Below are positions 30,619-40,542 of a stretch of 64,000 nucleotides of DNA, piece after piece. Each line of letters begins with the position of its first letter. Position 1 is the stretch's first letter. The DNA is from an uncultured Candidatus Actinomarina sp. (lineage in GTDB: Bacteria; Actinomycetota; Acidimicrobiia; Actinomarinales; Actinomarinaceae), in assembly GCA_902582695.1 (NCBI GenBank), contig CACHTH010000006.1, positions 929-64,928 on the forward strand, read 5' to 3'. A program made the position numbers and the translations under genes. Below the pieces are notes generated by a model. That model saw only the letters and a list, made by a program, of their open reading frames with translations. It had not been told where the DNA came from and ran no database searches.

Positions 30619-31422
30619 CTAGTTTCTCTCTAACAAAATATATGCATGGTTAATCTCATAGAGACTGTAATTGACAAAATACGGCTCAAGATTATTTAAA
30701 TCATGATTTAAATCGCTAGATCCAAGAAAAATATATTTTGGTTCTAATTTAAGTATGTCTGATGTTATGTCCCTGATTTCAATGCTTATCGCAACAACAA
30801 CATCTGTTTTTGAATTTTCAAAATAAGGATCCTCTATACTTTCAAAAATCTCAAACTTCTTTAAATTAGATTGATATTTTAAAATATCTTCTTTAGATAT
30901 TTGCGAAAAATTATCTATGCCAATTAATAAATTTTCATTATAAAAAACACTCAAATACTGATGGAAATTTGTAATACCACAAGGAAAGTCAATAACAAGA
31001 TTTTCTCCAATTTTTTTATTTTGGTATAAATCATAAATTTTATCTAAAACAAAAATATTCGGAGGAAACAAGTGAAATGAATCTAGTAATTTTTTACTAA
31101 TTGAAGAATTTAGGCATATAAAATAATCATTATTAAAGTAACTATTTAATTCGTAGAAGAAGAACCTTGAACTTAATGAATCCTTTAAATGATTCGATTC
31201 ATTAAATGATTTTTTTGTAACCTCTTTCATTTCATTTGATATCATATTTTTTGGATATTTTATCTTTTTAAAACTTCCATATTTTTTATCGACCTCTTTA
31301 ATGAAATTGTCAAACTTGTAATTTTTAAATAATATTTCGTAATTTAATAATTTATATCTATTTATTTTGAATAAATTTATAGTAAACAGATATATATATT
31401 TTATTATTTTTTTATTTTTCAT
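30619..31422 (-). CDS. hypothetical protein (weak methyltransferase-like motif)
   Basis: LVIDFPCGITNF vaguely resembles SAM motif I. Otherwise unassigned. Confidence 0.35.
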   Translation of the reverse strand: MKNKKIIKYIYLFTINLFKINRYKLLNYEILFKNYKFDNFIKEVDKKYGSFKKIKYPKNMISNEMKEVTKKSFNESNHLKDSLSSRFFFYELNSYFNNDYFICLNSSISKKLLDSFHLFPPNIFVLDKIYDLYQNKKIGENLVIDFPCGITNFHQYLSVFYNENLLIGIDNFSQISKEDILKYQSNLKKFEIFESIEDPYFENSKTDVVVAISIEIRDITSDILKLEPKYIFLGSSDLNHDLNNLEPYFVNYSLYEINHAYILLERN

Positions 31423-32362
31423 TTTGGTCTCCTAAAACTTCATGAAACATTTTAATAAAATTTTCAAATCCTTTTGGAATAATATATTTTTGTGCATTTG
31501 AAAAAGCATATTCTATATCTGGCTTCGCTGAATCAAAATTTGACATATCGTAAATTGAATTTGGACTTAATACTTCAGGTGCAACACCTACATTCGTAGA
31601 AATAATTGGTGTTTTAGTTAATGCACATTCAAATATAGCCTGTGGTCCACCTTCATACCTAGATGAAACAATATATAAATCAAGACAATTATAAAGCTCA
31701 TTTAACTCATTAAATGGTGGCATCTCATAATATGAAAAGTTAATTTGATTTTTTTCTAGCTCGGAAATTAAATACTGCCTTCGTTTTCCAGCGAGAAGAA
31801 TGTGGGTATTTTCATTTTTTTCGTTTATTTTTTTAACTATTTCCAGGAACCTATCAGGACCTTTTGAAAGTTTTGGACTAATTAGATCTGATCCTTCAGT
31901 ATCCCTTTGAAACGATCCAACCAGAAAACAATTGGAATCAATATTATATTTTTTTCTAAGATCAATTTTTGAATTTATTGGAAACCATAATTTTTCATTT
32001 ATCCAAAAAGGTATCGAATAAATTTTTTTATCAGTTAACTTTTCTACTTGCTTTAATGTATTCTTTGAAATAACGTGATATGCATTCACATACTTATCTC
32101 GTTCTTTAAATTTATTTAAATCATTACTAGAAAATTTATCTTCATCAATGTGATACACAGAACAAATCACTTTTTTGTTTTGTAATTTTCTATAAGATTT
32201 TTCTTTCCATGCCCAAGGTGCAATTAGCCAAACAATATCTGAAAATTGAAGAAATTTAGTATAAGGATTTTTAAATTCAATCCATTCTTTACGAACTCTA
32301 TCAACTATCCAGTCTTCGTTAACTTGATTTATATAGATTTTTAGAGATTGTTCAGTATCCAT
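31412..32362 (-). CDS. GT4-family glycosyltransferase
   Basis: SRYEGGPQAIFECALTKTPIISTNVG motif. Confidence 0.65.
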   Translation of the reverse strand: MDTEQSLKIYINQVNEDWIVDRVRKEWIEFKNPYTKFLQFSDIVWLIAPWAWKEKSYRKLQNKKVICSVYHIDEDKFSSNDLNKFKERDKYVNAYHVISKNTLKQVEKLTDKKIYSIPFWINEKLWFPINSKIDLRKKYNIDSNCFLVGSFQRDTEGSDLISPKLSKGPDRFLEIVKKINEKNENTHILLAGKRRQYLISELEKNQINFSYYEMPPFNELNELYNCLDLYIVSSRYEGGPQAIFECALTKTPIISTNVGVAPEVLSPNSIYDMSNFDSAKPDIEYAFSNAQKYIIPKGFENFIKMFHEVLGDQNEK

Positions 32363-32436
32363 GTCATTAATTCACTTATCCCATATTAAGAGTTGATTGT
32401 TTTTTAAATTCAATAAAAAATTAAATTTTCAATCAT

Positions 32437-33915
32437 TTAATCATTTTTAATAAAGTAAATATTCAAGTCCCCTATATTTTGTTCTTTAATTTTATTATCT
32501 GTGATTTTGAATTTACTTTTTGTCACAATAAAATCGACTTTTGAATATAAGGGCTGTAACTGTATTCCCTCTTCCCAGTTTTCTAAAATTTTAAATTCGT
32601 CTTCATAAGTTACACCTTGTCTTGGAAAGTAAAAATCAGGATCCCAGTAAACAAGATTATAAACACTTTCTCCAACCAAATATTCATCTTGAATAAAAGC
32701 AATCGTCTCGAACATAGTTGCTTCTTTAATTAAATCAATAGCAAAATATGTGTTCGATATTTTTTCATAATGAGTGTTTAACCCGCTCAAGCTAATAATT
32801 AGTAATAACACAGTTAATAATCGTGAAGAAAAATTCTTTATCTCACTTAAAGAAAATATGTAAAACAATAAAAATAGTGTTGGAACATATAGATAATAAA
32901 TCCAAATCCTTTCCACATTCAAGAGAATAAAAAATGAAGTGATGACAAAAGAGACAAGATAGTAATTTATTTCTTTATTTCTTTTTCTCAAAAGATTTTG
33001 AAGGATTTCATTCAGTACACCTATGTACAATAGGCCAAAAAATACTGTAAATAAATTGTAATATTGTGAAAGCTCCACAAACCAATTTTGTAAGTTATCA
33101 AAATTAAAAGATAAAAACTTTTCTTGGTTGTATCTAGAGGCATGTATATTTGCTGAAATAATTCTTGAATAAATTTTAGGATGAGGAATTAGTAGTGCAG
33201 GTTGAGCAATAATTAAACCAATTATTGTGTAAAAATTAATTTTAAATATATCTTTTAGTTTATCTATCTTTCTCAAAGGGTAGATTAGGTATAAACCTAA
33301 AACTATTGCTGGAACAACTGCAATAATTTTTAGGCCTATTGCGATTCCAATAAACAGAAAACCCAAATTATATTTTTCATCTTTGAATATTTTTTTGAAT
33401 GAAATTAGTAGAAATAACATAAGCAAGGAATCTGGTTTGGGGTTTTCGATTATATAGTAAGCACCTGGAACTGAAAAAGATGCTAATAGAAAAAGTGGTG
33501 CTTTTTTATAATCTATAAAATTGTAAGCAAAATAAATAATAGATATATAAAAAAAAGAAATCTGAACTAAGCGCTCTATTATTATCATTGTTTCAGTGTT
33601 AATAAAATAAAACGGCCCGGCTATAAAAACAAAAAGATTATTCCACAGCCTACCAAAATCTAAATTACCCCCGATGATAAGTTCACCTAAAACAATCAAT
33701 ATTTTCTTTAATACTTCATTTTCAACTGAGTCAAATCTTCCAAATTCATCGTTTATTTGAAATACATTAAGAATTGAATCTATGACTTGTCTCTCATCAA
33801 TATGGAGAACGTGATAGGAAACCTGCTCCAAGGAACCTTTTAAATTTAAGAATAAAAAATATCCTAGTAAAAGAAGAATCAACGAATTAAATATTCTTTT
33901 ACTTTTAACAGACAC
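32437..33915 (-). CDS. GT-C-type (ArnT/PMT/GtrC-like) membrane glycosyltransferase
   Basis: 492 aa, polytopic, with a DE motif in the first loop (HIDERQVID). Divergent from a GtrB-like GT2. Confidence 0.5.
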   Translation of the reverse strand: MSVKSKRIFNSLILLLLGYFLFLNLKGSLEQVSYHVLHIDERQVIDSILNVFQINDEFGRFDSVENEVLKKILIVLGELIIGGNLDFGRLWNNLFVFIAGPFYFINTETMIIIERLVQISFFYISIIYFAYNFIDYKKAPLFLLASFSVPGAYYIIENPKPDSLLMLFLLISFKKIFKDEKYNLGFLFIGIAIGLKIIAVVPAIVLGLYLIYPLRKIDKLKDIFKINFYTIIGLIIAQPALLIPHPKIYSRIISANIHASRYNQEKFLSFNFDNLQNWFVELSQYYNLFTVFFGLLYIGVLNEILQNLLRKRNKEINYYLVSFVITSFFILLNVERIWIYYLYVPTLFLLFYIFSLSEIKNFSSRLLTVLLLIISLSGLNTHYEKISNTYFAIDLIKEATMFETIAFIQDEYLVGESVYNLVYWDPDFYFPRQGVTYEDEFKILENWEEGIQLQPLYSKVDFIVTKSKFKITDNKIKEQNIGDLNIYFIKND

Positions 33916-33945
33916 CTTTATATTTTATGTGAATAAAATCAAAAT

Positions 33946-34869
33946 ATGAATATTAAAGGAAATATTTTACTTCCAATATTTAATGAAGAACAATCAATCA
34001 CTGAGTTAATTGGTGAAATTGAATTTTCCATAAAAGAACTAGATATTGATTTTGTTATTACTTTAGTTGATGATGGTTCGGAAGACAAAAGTTGGGAAAT
34101 AATTGAAAAAATGGAAAGTAAATATCTTTCTTTTAGAAAAATTAAATTGACAAGGAACTTTGGGCACCAGGCAGCAATTTTTGCTGGTTTAGAAAACTTT
34201 AACGAAGATTTTGTAATAATTCTTGATGCTGATTTTCAAGATGACCCAAAATATTTAATTGAATTCATAAATGTTTGGAAACAAGGTCATAAAATTGTCC
34301 TTGCAAAAAAAGTTAAAAGAAAAGATAAACGTTTTAGAAGATTTCTAACTAAGTTTTATTTCAAGATTCAAAGTAAATTATCACAAATTAATATCCCTCA
34401 AGATGTAGGTCATTTTTGCTTACTTGATAAATTAGTAGTGACCGAACTTAACAATATGCCTGAAAAAAACAAATTTCTTCTTGGATTAAGAACCTATGTT
34501 GGATATAAAAGTGCTTATATTGAGGTAGTAAAAAACAAAAGAAAGTATGGAAGTTCCAAAATGTCATTAATGCAATTAATAAACCTTTCACTTGATGGAA
34601 TAATCGGATTTTCTGCTGTTCCACTAAATTTAATCGGTGTAATTGGAATTTTTATTTCTTTGGGAGCGCTTTTGTTTTCTCTTTATACATTAATTCTAAA
34701 TTTAGTTTTTAACACAAAAGTTGGTAGTTGGGACTTTGGTCTTACATCAATATATTTTTTAAGTGGAATACAGCTTCTGTCGATAAGCATAATAGGACAA
34801 TATATATCAAAAATATTTCATGAAACAAAAAAAAGACCAAGCTATATTGTCGAAAAAAAATATGAGTAA
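33946..34869 (+). CDS. polyprenyl-phosphate glycosyltransferase (GtrB/ArnC-like GT2 with two C-terminal TM helices)
   Basis: LLPIFNEEQSI, LVDDGSEDKS, RNFGHQAAIFAGL and LDADFQDDP blocks, followed by two hydrophobic helices. Confidence 0.8.
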   Translation: MNIKGNILLPIFNEEQSITELIGEIEFSIKELDIDFVITLVDDGSEDKSWEIIEKMESKYLSFRKIKLTRNFGHQAAIFAGLENFNEDFVIILDADFQDDPKYLIEFINVWKQGHKIVLAKKVKRKDKRFRRFLTKFYFKIQSKLSQINIPQDVGHFCLLDKLVVTELNNMPEKNKFLLGLRTYVGYKSAYIEVVKNKRKYGSSKMSLMQLINLSLDGIIGFSAVPLNLIGVIGIFISLGALLFSLYTLILNLVFNTKVGSWDFGLTSIYFLSGIQLLSISIIGQYISKIFHETKKRPSYIVEKKYE

Positions 34870-34921
34870 TATTTAGCTTGTATTTTGAAAAATATCTTAT
34901 TGAATTAAAAAGGTGTAAACA

Positions 34922-35884
34922 TTGAATACTGTAATTACTGGAGCATCAGGACAAGACGGGATATTTTTAACAGATAAAATTTTGCGTGATTCTAAATCTA
35001 ATATCTACCTTTGTACTAGAAGCAAAAGAGATTTCAACTTCAATAAGCTTTATTCAATTAACAAAAATGTAGATTTATCACGAATTAAAGTAATAGAGTT
35101 AGATTATTTAAATTTTGAATCAATATCTAATTTTATAAATGATGTACAACCTAACTTCTTTTTTAATTTAATGGGTCCTAGTTCTGTAAAAAGCTTCATA
35201 GAAAATCCATCTGAAATGACAGAAATAACTAATGTTGGATTCGAAAATATTATAAATTCCCTTATTAAAGCAAGAAATTTTTGTAATTTTTTCCAGGCAT
35301 CTTCATCAGAAATGTATGGTTATGAATCAGAATCTTCATTCAATGAGTCCTCAAAGTTTGCTCCCAATACTGCTTACGCGAAAGCAAAACACGGTATTCA
35401 TTTAAAGACACTACAAATGCAAGAAAAATTTAATTGGAATATTGTCTCTGGAATAATGTTTAATCATGAATCAGAATTTAGAAACTCAAACTTTTTAATA
35501 ATGAAGTTGGTTGAAAAAGCAATAAATATAGAAAATGGCAGCACAGAAATAATAGAAGTTCCTAGTTTAAAAATTGCTAGGGACTGGACTTACGCAAAAG
35601 AAATGTGTGATGCTATGTACAATCTTGTTTATAACGATTTTTCTGGTTCATACGTCATAGGATCTGGCAAGTCAACGACACTTGAGGAAATAGTTCAATT
35701 TATTTTTAAAATATTAAATTTAGAATATCCAGACTATATTGTCGAAAATAATAGTTCACTTCGAAAAAGTGAGCCAATGGTTGTCACTAGTAATCCTGAA
35801 AAAATTTATAAAGAACTTGGTTGGAAAGCTAATTTAAATATTTTTGATATTGTCAATAAAATGTATCAATACAAAAAAAGTTAG
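34922..35884 (+). CDS. divergent GDP-mannose 4,6-dehydratase-like NDP-sugar dehydratase
   Basis: VITGASGQDGIFL, SSSEMYG, YAKAKH and MFNHESEFR blocks. TTG start with AAGGTG 6 nt upstream. Confidence 0.65.
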   Translation: MNTVITGASGQDGIFLTDKILRDSKSNIYLCTRSKRDFNFNKLYSINKNVDLSRIKVIELDYLNFESISNFINDVQPNFFFNLMGPSSVKSFIENPSEMTEITNVGFENIINSLIKARNFCNFFQASSSEMYGYESESSFNESSKFAPNTAYAKAKHGIHLKTLQMQEKFNWNIVSGIMFNHESEFRNSNFLIMKLVEKAINIENGSTEIIEVPSLKIARDWTYAKEMCDAMYNLVYNDFSGSYVIGSGKSTTLEEIVQFIFKILNLEYPDYIVENNSSLRKSEPMVVTSNPEKIYKELGWKANLNIFDIVNKMYQYKKS

Positions 35885-36228
35885 TTAAGCAGCTCTGAAA
35901 TGTAAGCACTAACTTCTTCTTTGTTGTCAATCAAGTCTGTCGTTTGTATATAGTTATTCCAACTTTCGATGTTAAAATTTTCAGAAAAATTTAGATCACC
36001 ATAGAATACAATCAGCAAAGCTTGGTATTCTTTCTTAAATTTCTTAAATTTTTTAAATTTTTTTGATAATGCATTTAATATCTCATTAGAGTTTTTATTT
36101 AATATTTTTTGAATCTTTATAGCATTTTCCTCTTCTTCGCCAGTTAGCTGATTGGGATAAAGAATTAAATTATCAAGATCGTTATTAAATTTAAGTAGTG
36201 ATTCAACGCAAGCTTTAAACGAATTCAT
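35881..36228 (-). CDS. hypothetical small acidic/basic protein
   Basis: 115-aa ORF containing a (KKF)3 repeat. No recognisable domain. Confidence 0.3.
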   Translation of the reverse strand: MNSFKACVESLLKFNNDLDNLILYPNQLTGEEEENAIKIQKILNKNSNEILNALSKKFKKFKKFKKEYQALLIVFYGDLNFSENFNIESWNNYIQTTDLIDNKEEVSAYISELLN

Positions 36229-36269
36229 ATTTGTTATTCTATATTAAGTAACAGAGTAATTACTTTGTT

Positions 36270-37568
36270 TTAATTTTCGTCTAAAAATTCTTTTGTTGAA
36301 TCAACAACAAAATCAAGCATCTCTTTTGTGAGACCTGGGTAGACGCCAAGCCAAAAAGTATTTTCAGAAACATTATTTGCAACAGGATAATCTTCTGGTA
36401 TTCCCAAATTCATATCCATATAAGCAGGTTGTAGAAGAATATTTCCTGCAAATAATAACCTGGTGCCAATGTTTCTTTCTTCATAAAACTTTAACAAATC
36501 AACTCTCTTGAAATTTGCTTTTTTGTTAATGGTTATTGGGAACCCAAACCAACTTGGTTGAGCTTTTGACTCCCATTTTGGAAGGTCAAATACTTCAAAT
36601 TTACTAAATTTTTCATTAAGATACTCAAAATTTTTTATCCTAATTTCGATGAAATCAGGAAGTTTTTCTATTTGTGAAGCTCCAATTGCCGCCTGCATAT
36701 CAGATGCTTTAAGATTATATCCAATGTTTGAATATGTATATTTATGATCGTATCCGTGGGGTAACCCACCTAATTGCCAATCAAATCTTTTTTTACAAGT
36801 ATTGTCTTCACCAGGAGGACAGTAGCAATCTCTACCCCAGTCCCTTAATGATTCAATTATTTTTTTTAATTTTGGTAAATTAGTCAAAACAGCTCCGCCT
36901 TCGCCCGTAGTAATATGGTGTGCAGGGTAGAAAGATAAAGTAGCTACATCTCCAAAAGTACCAATAAATTTTCCATCATATTTTGATCCAAAAGCATCGC
37001 ACATATCTTCAACTAAAAAAAGATTATACTTCTCTTTAATTTCCATAATCTTTTCGAGATTAAAAGGATTACCAAGCGTATGGGCTAAAACAATACCTTT
37101 GGTTTTTTCTGTTATATTTTTTTCAATCAAATTTGCATCAATATTGTAAGAATCTGGTTCAGCATCGACTAAAACTGGTTTTAAATTATTTTGTATTATT
37201 GGGTTTAATGTAGTTGGAAAATTAACGGCAGATGTAATAACTTCATCACCATCTTTACAGTCAAAATGTTTTTTTACAGCACTTATAGCAAGTAAATTTG
37301 CTGAAGATCCACTATTAACAAATAAAGTGTGTCTATTACCAAGAAATTTTGATATAGACTTTTCAAATGATTTTGTATACTCGCCAGCAGTCAACCACAT
37401 ATCTAAACTTGAATTTACTAAATTTACTAAATCTTCCTTATATAAAACCTTGCCGGTTACAGGAACTTTTGAAATATATGGAACAAAGTTTTGTTCAGAG
37501 TGGACTTTTTCAAAATAATTGTTTACTAAAGACTCTATCTCTTTTCTTAACTTTTTTTCTATTTCCAT
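36270..37568 (-). CDS. rfbH: CDP-4-keto-6-deoxyglucose 3-dehydrase (E1, RfbH/DdhC-like)
   Basis: DegT-like fold, but the PLP lysine is replaced by His (SFYPAHHITTGEGG). Carries a Cys-X57-Cys-X1-Cys-X7-Cys pattern (C190, C248, C250, C258). Confidence 0.85.
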   Translation of the reverse strand: MEIEKKLRKEIESLVNNYFEKVHSEQNFVPYISKVPVTGKVLYKEDLVNLVNSSLDMWLTAGEYTKSFEKSISKFLGNRHTLFVNSGSSANLLAISAVKKHFDCKDGDEVITSAVNFPTTLNPIIQNNLKPVLVDAEPDSYNIDANLIEKNITEKTKGIVLAHTLGNPFNLEKIMEIKEKYNLFLVEDMCDAFGSKYDGKFIGTFGDVATLSFYPAHHITTGEGGAVLTNLPKLKKIIESLRDWGRDCYCPPGEDNTCKKRFDWQLGGLPHGYDHKYTYSNIGYNLKASDMQAAIGASQIEKLPDFIEIRIKNFEYLNEKFSKFEVFDLPKWESKAQPSWFGFPITINKKANFKRVDLLKFYEERNIGTRLLFAGNILLQPAYMDMNLGIPEDYPVANNVSENTFWLGVYPGLTKEMLDFVVDSTKEFLDEN

Positions 37569-37589
37569 AATTTTTAGCCTGTAATTAAC

Positions 37590-38663
37590 TTAGTGAAGAC
37601 CTTTATCAATAAGTTCTAATTTGTTATTTAATTCAAAATTTCTAATAATTACATAATAAAATGCATTTGTGAGAGTCCCAATTATGTGGTCACACCTTAA
37701 TAGGCCCTCCGTATCAGCTATGTAATCAAGCCCGGTCAAGTACCTATCATTTTTTCTATCAAATTTTTTTTCTAACGCAAATTCTAAATTTTCAACGTCT
37801 TTTTGCAAATATCTTTTTCTTTCCATAGCAATTAATTTATCACCAAACTCTGCTTTGAAAGAATCATAGTATTCCTGCTGTTCGGTGGATAGGTATACAT
37901 ATTCATAACCAAATTCATTAATTCTTTCTTTTATAATTTTTATTGCTTCAACGTCATCAAATGGCTTATAGTGGTCTTTAACAATTTTTTGAATTGCATA
38001 CTCCGTCCCTCGTATTGAAACACCAATGACTTTTGATTTATTTTGAAATAATGGGTTTAAAGTGTTGTCAATAAATTCTCGAGTCGATTTATTGTATGGT
38101 ATTAATTTAGTTGAGTTATTCATTTCTAACATTTGATGTTCTGAAGTTAGAATCTTGGCATCAAAAAAATAGTCAAAATCTAATTTGTTAAAATAATATT
38201 GTGATCTGTTGTTTGATAAAATTACATTTTTACTTTGATAGACTTCGCTTAACCTAGTATCCATTGGTTGTTCAAAAAAATACTCCCAACTATTTTTTGA
38301 ACCATTTATTTCATTTTTTTCCCTTAGATAATTTGGGTAATTTTCATAATCTACAACAGGAATGTAATTATTTTTCTGTGCATAAATTAATAAATATAAA
38401 ATATTGTTTAAATTTGAATATATCCCACCTCCGAGAGACAGTCTGATGACAAAAAATGTTTTATCGGGATTACGATTTCCAAAGTTTTTTTCTTCATGAT
38501 TTAAAAATTTTGGTTGCTCTGCATGAATAAGAGAATAAATAATCCGTCTTATTTTTTCGGATGGTTTAAAGTAAACGTTTTCCTTAAAGAGTCTTAAATT
38601 TTTTTTTGTTTCTAGGTATCTACTATAAAAAATTAGATACGAGCGTTTTAAAAACTTAATCAT
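37590..38663 (-). CDS. hypothetical protein (possible GT-B/fucosyltransferase-superfamily enzyme)
   Basis: 357-aa ORF. FFVIRLSLGGGIYSNLNNILYLLIYA is reminiscent of the GGLGNQ N-terminal motif of GT11-type enzymes, but the match is weak. Confidence 0.35.
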   Translation of the reverse strand: MIKFLKRSYLIFYSRYLETKKNLRLFKENVYFKPSEKIRRIIYSLIHAEQPKFLNHEEKNFGNRNPDKTFFVIRLSLGGGIYSNLNNILYLLIYAQKNNYIPVVDYENYPNYLREKNEINGSKNSWEYFFEQPMDTRLSEVYQSKNVILSNNRSQYYFNKLDFDYFFDAKILTSEHQMLEMNNSTKLIPYNKSTREFIDNTLNPLFQNKSKVIGVSIRGTEYAIQKIVKDHYKPFDDVEAIKIIKERINEFGYEYVYLSTEQQEYYDSFKAEFGDKLIAMERKRYLQKDVENLEFALEKKFDRKNDRYLTGLDYIADTEGLLRCDHIIGTLTNAFYYVIIRNFELNNKLELIDKGLH

Positions 38664-38690
38664 TTTATAACTCTAATTGTTTCACTATTT

Positions 38691-38719
38691 ATGCAATTTA
38701 AAATGGCCATCATTATAAT
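38691..38719 (+). promoter_or_regulatory. candidate promoter (ATGCAA-17 nt-TATAAT), 8 nt before the rfbF ATG
   Basis: TATAAT lies at 38714-38719. No Shine-Dalgarno motif lies between it and ATG 38728, which would give a leaderless or near-leaderless mRNA. Confidence 0.3.
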
Positions 38720-38727
38720 TCTACTTA

Positions 38728-39447
38728 ATGAATTCTAGTGTTAAAAATATAGTAATTTTAGCTGGTGGGAAAGGCACTAGGATGAGAGAAAACCCTCAAG
38801 TTGTACCCAAGCCAATGGTAAAAATTGGAGGTATTCCTGTTTTAACTCACATAACAAATTACTTTGATCAATTTGGGGATTTCAAATACATTATTTGTAG
38901 TGGCTATAAAGAGGAAGTCTTATTTGATCATTTTAAAAATAACCCTAATGAAAAAATTAAAATTATTTCAACTGGTACCGAAACACAAACTGGGGGACGT
39001 TTAATAAAAATTAAAGAGCATCTTGAAAGTGACAATTTTTTAATGACTTATGGAGATGGTCTAGCAGATGTTAAAATTCATGAACTTTTAGATTTCCATA
39101 AGAATAATTCAAAAATAGCAACAATAACTGTACACAAACCAGAATTTAGATTTGGTGTAGTTAATTTTGATGAAAACGATCAAGTTGAATCTTTTATTGA
39201 AAAGCCAACATTAAACCATTATGTAAATATTGGATTTATGGTTTTAAATAAACAAGTATTTAATTATTTAAATGAGGATTTACCGTTTGAAAATGAGCCT
39301 TTGGTTAATCTTGCAAAAAATAAAGAACTTGGTGCGTTTAAGCATCATGGTTTTTTTAGACCAATGGATACCTACAGAGAGTATCTAGAATTAAATGATT
39401 TATGGGGAAAAAACAAAGCACCATGGAAACCAGGGTTAAATAATTAA
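38728..39447 (+). CDS. rfbF: glucose-1-phosphate cytidylyltransferase
   Basis: IVILAGGKGTRMRE...PKPMVKIGGIPVLTHI...ICSGYK matches RfbF/DdhA. Confidence 0.85.
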   Translation: MNSSVKNIVILAGGKGTRMRENPQVVPKPMVKIGGIPVLTHITNYFDQFGDFKYIICSGYKEEVLFDHFKNNPNEKIKIISTGTETQTGGRLIKIKEHLESDNFLMTYGDGLADVKIHELLDFHKNNSKIATITVHKPEFRFGVVNFDENDQVESFIEKPTLNHYVNIGFMVLNKQVFNYLNEDLPFENEPLVNLAKNKELGAFKHHGFFRPMDTYREYLELNDLWGKNKAPWKPGLNN

Positions 39448-40473
39448 AGAAAAATAGTTATTAATTTCGTTCAATGTATATTCATCGTCAGAATCTTTTA
39501 TGTGTGCTTTTTCCCAATTTACTATTAATTTAATTAGATCATCAATTTCTAGTTTTGGGCTCCAATTTAGTTTGTCTCTAGCCTTGCTGGAATCGAGATT
39601 TAGAATATCTACTTCTTTAAAATTTATATCTTTTGTTTCAATAATATTTGTATCGGTACCCCAAATTTCACTGAATGTATCAACTATGTACCCAGCTGTA
39701 TATTGATTATTTACCGTAGAATTTAAATTATAAATCTCGGATATTGAATTTTTATAATTTTCCTCTGCTACATAAAGATACCCTACTAAAGAATCCAATA
39801 CGTATTGCCATGGTCTTACAGAGTTTGGTTGTCTAATTTCGAAATCTTGATTCGATTTAATCGCTTTAATTAAATCGGGAATCAGGCGCTTAAAAGCTCT
39901 GTCCCCACCTCCTAAAACATTTCCCGACCTAACTACACTAATGTTTGTTGAGGGATTGTTGTTTAAGAAAGAACTTATGATAAATTCTGCACTGGCTTTG
40001 CTAGCTCCGTAGTAATCTGTACCCCCTAATATTGAAGTCTCAACATTTTTATCATTTGGATTGAGGTATACTTTGTCAGTTGTCGAAACAATTATAGAGT
40101 TAATCGAATCAAATTTGTCAAAGTAATTTAAAACGTTATAGGTACCAACAATATTTGTATTTATTGTATCTAGCGGATTGCTGTAGCCAACCGGGACAAG
40201 GCTTTGACCAGCAAAATGAAAAACTATATCTGGCTGAAACGATTTAAATAACTTTTCAGGTATATCTATATTTTTTGAAATATCGATGAAAATTTCATCT
40301 TCTAACAACTTGGAAACACAACTTAGCTTATATATTCCCTCATATTTTTCTCTTGAAATTCCGACAATGTTTGACTCTAAATATTTAAGTAAATTTACAA
40401 GCCAAGATCCTTTGAATCCGGTATGACCAGTGATTATAACATTTTTATTTTTCCAAAAATTATTTGAATTCAT
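39436..40473 (-). CDS. rfbG: CDP-glucose 4,6-dehydratase
   Basis: FWKNKNVIITGHTGFKGSWL is the hallmark RfbG/DdhB N-terminus. YGASK catalytic motif. Confidence 0.85.
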   Translation of the reverse strand: MNSNNFWKNKNVIITGHTGFKGSWLVNLLKYLESNIVGISREKYEGIYKLSCVSKLLEDEIFIDISKNIDIPEKLFKSFQPDIVFHFAGQSLVPVGYSNPLDTINTNIVGTYNVLNYFDKFDSINSIIVSTTDKVYLNPNDKNVETSILGGTDYYGASKASAEFIISSFLNNNPSTNISVVRSGNVLGGGDRAFKRLIPDLIKAIKSNQDFEIRQPNSVRPWQYVLDSLVGYLYVAEENYKNSISEIYNLNSTVNNQYTAGYIVDTFSEIWGTDTNIIETKDINFKEVDILNLDSSKARDKLNWSPKLEIDDLIKLIVNWEKAHIKDSDDEYTLNEINNYFSLII

Positions 40474-40542
40474 AAATAAATACTAATAAGTAAAATTACA
40501 AAAAAACAAAATGTTCTTAAAAATCTAATTTATATCTACTTC

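Noticed and set aside
36032-36058. Three tandem 9-bp units (TTCTTAAAT-like) encoding (KKF)3
   Set aside because: It is too short and AT-rich to call a functional repeat or a phase-variation tract.
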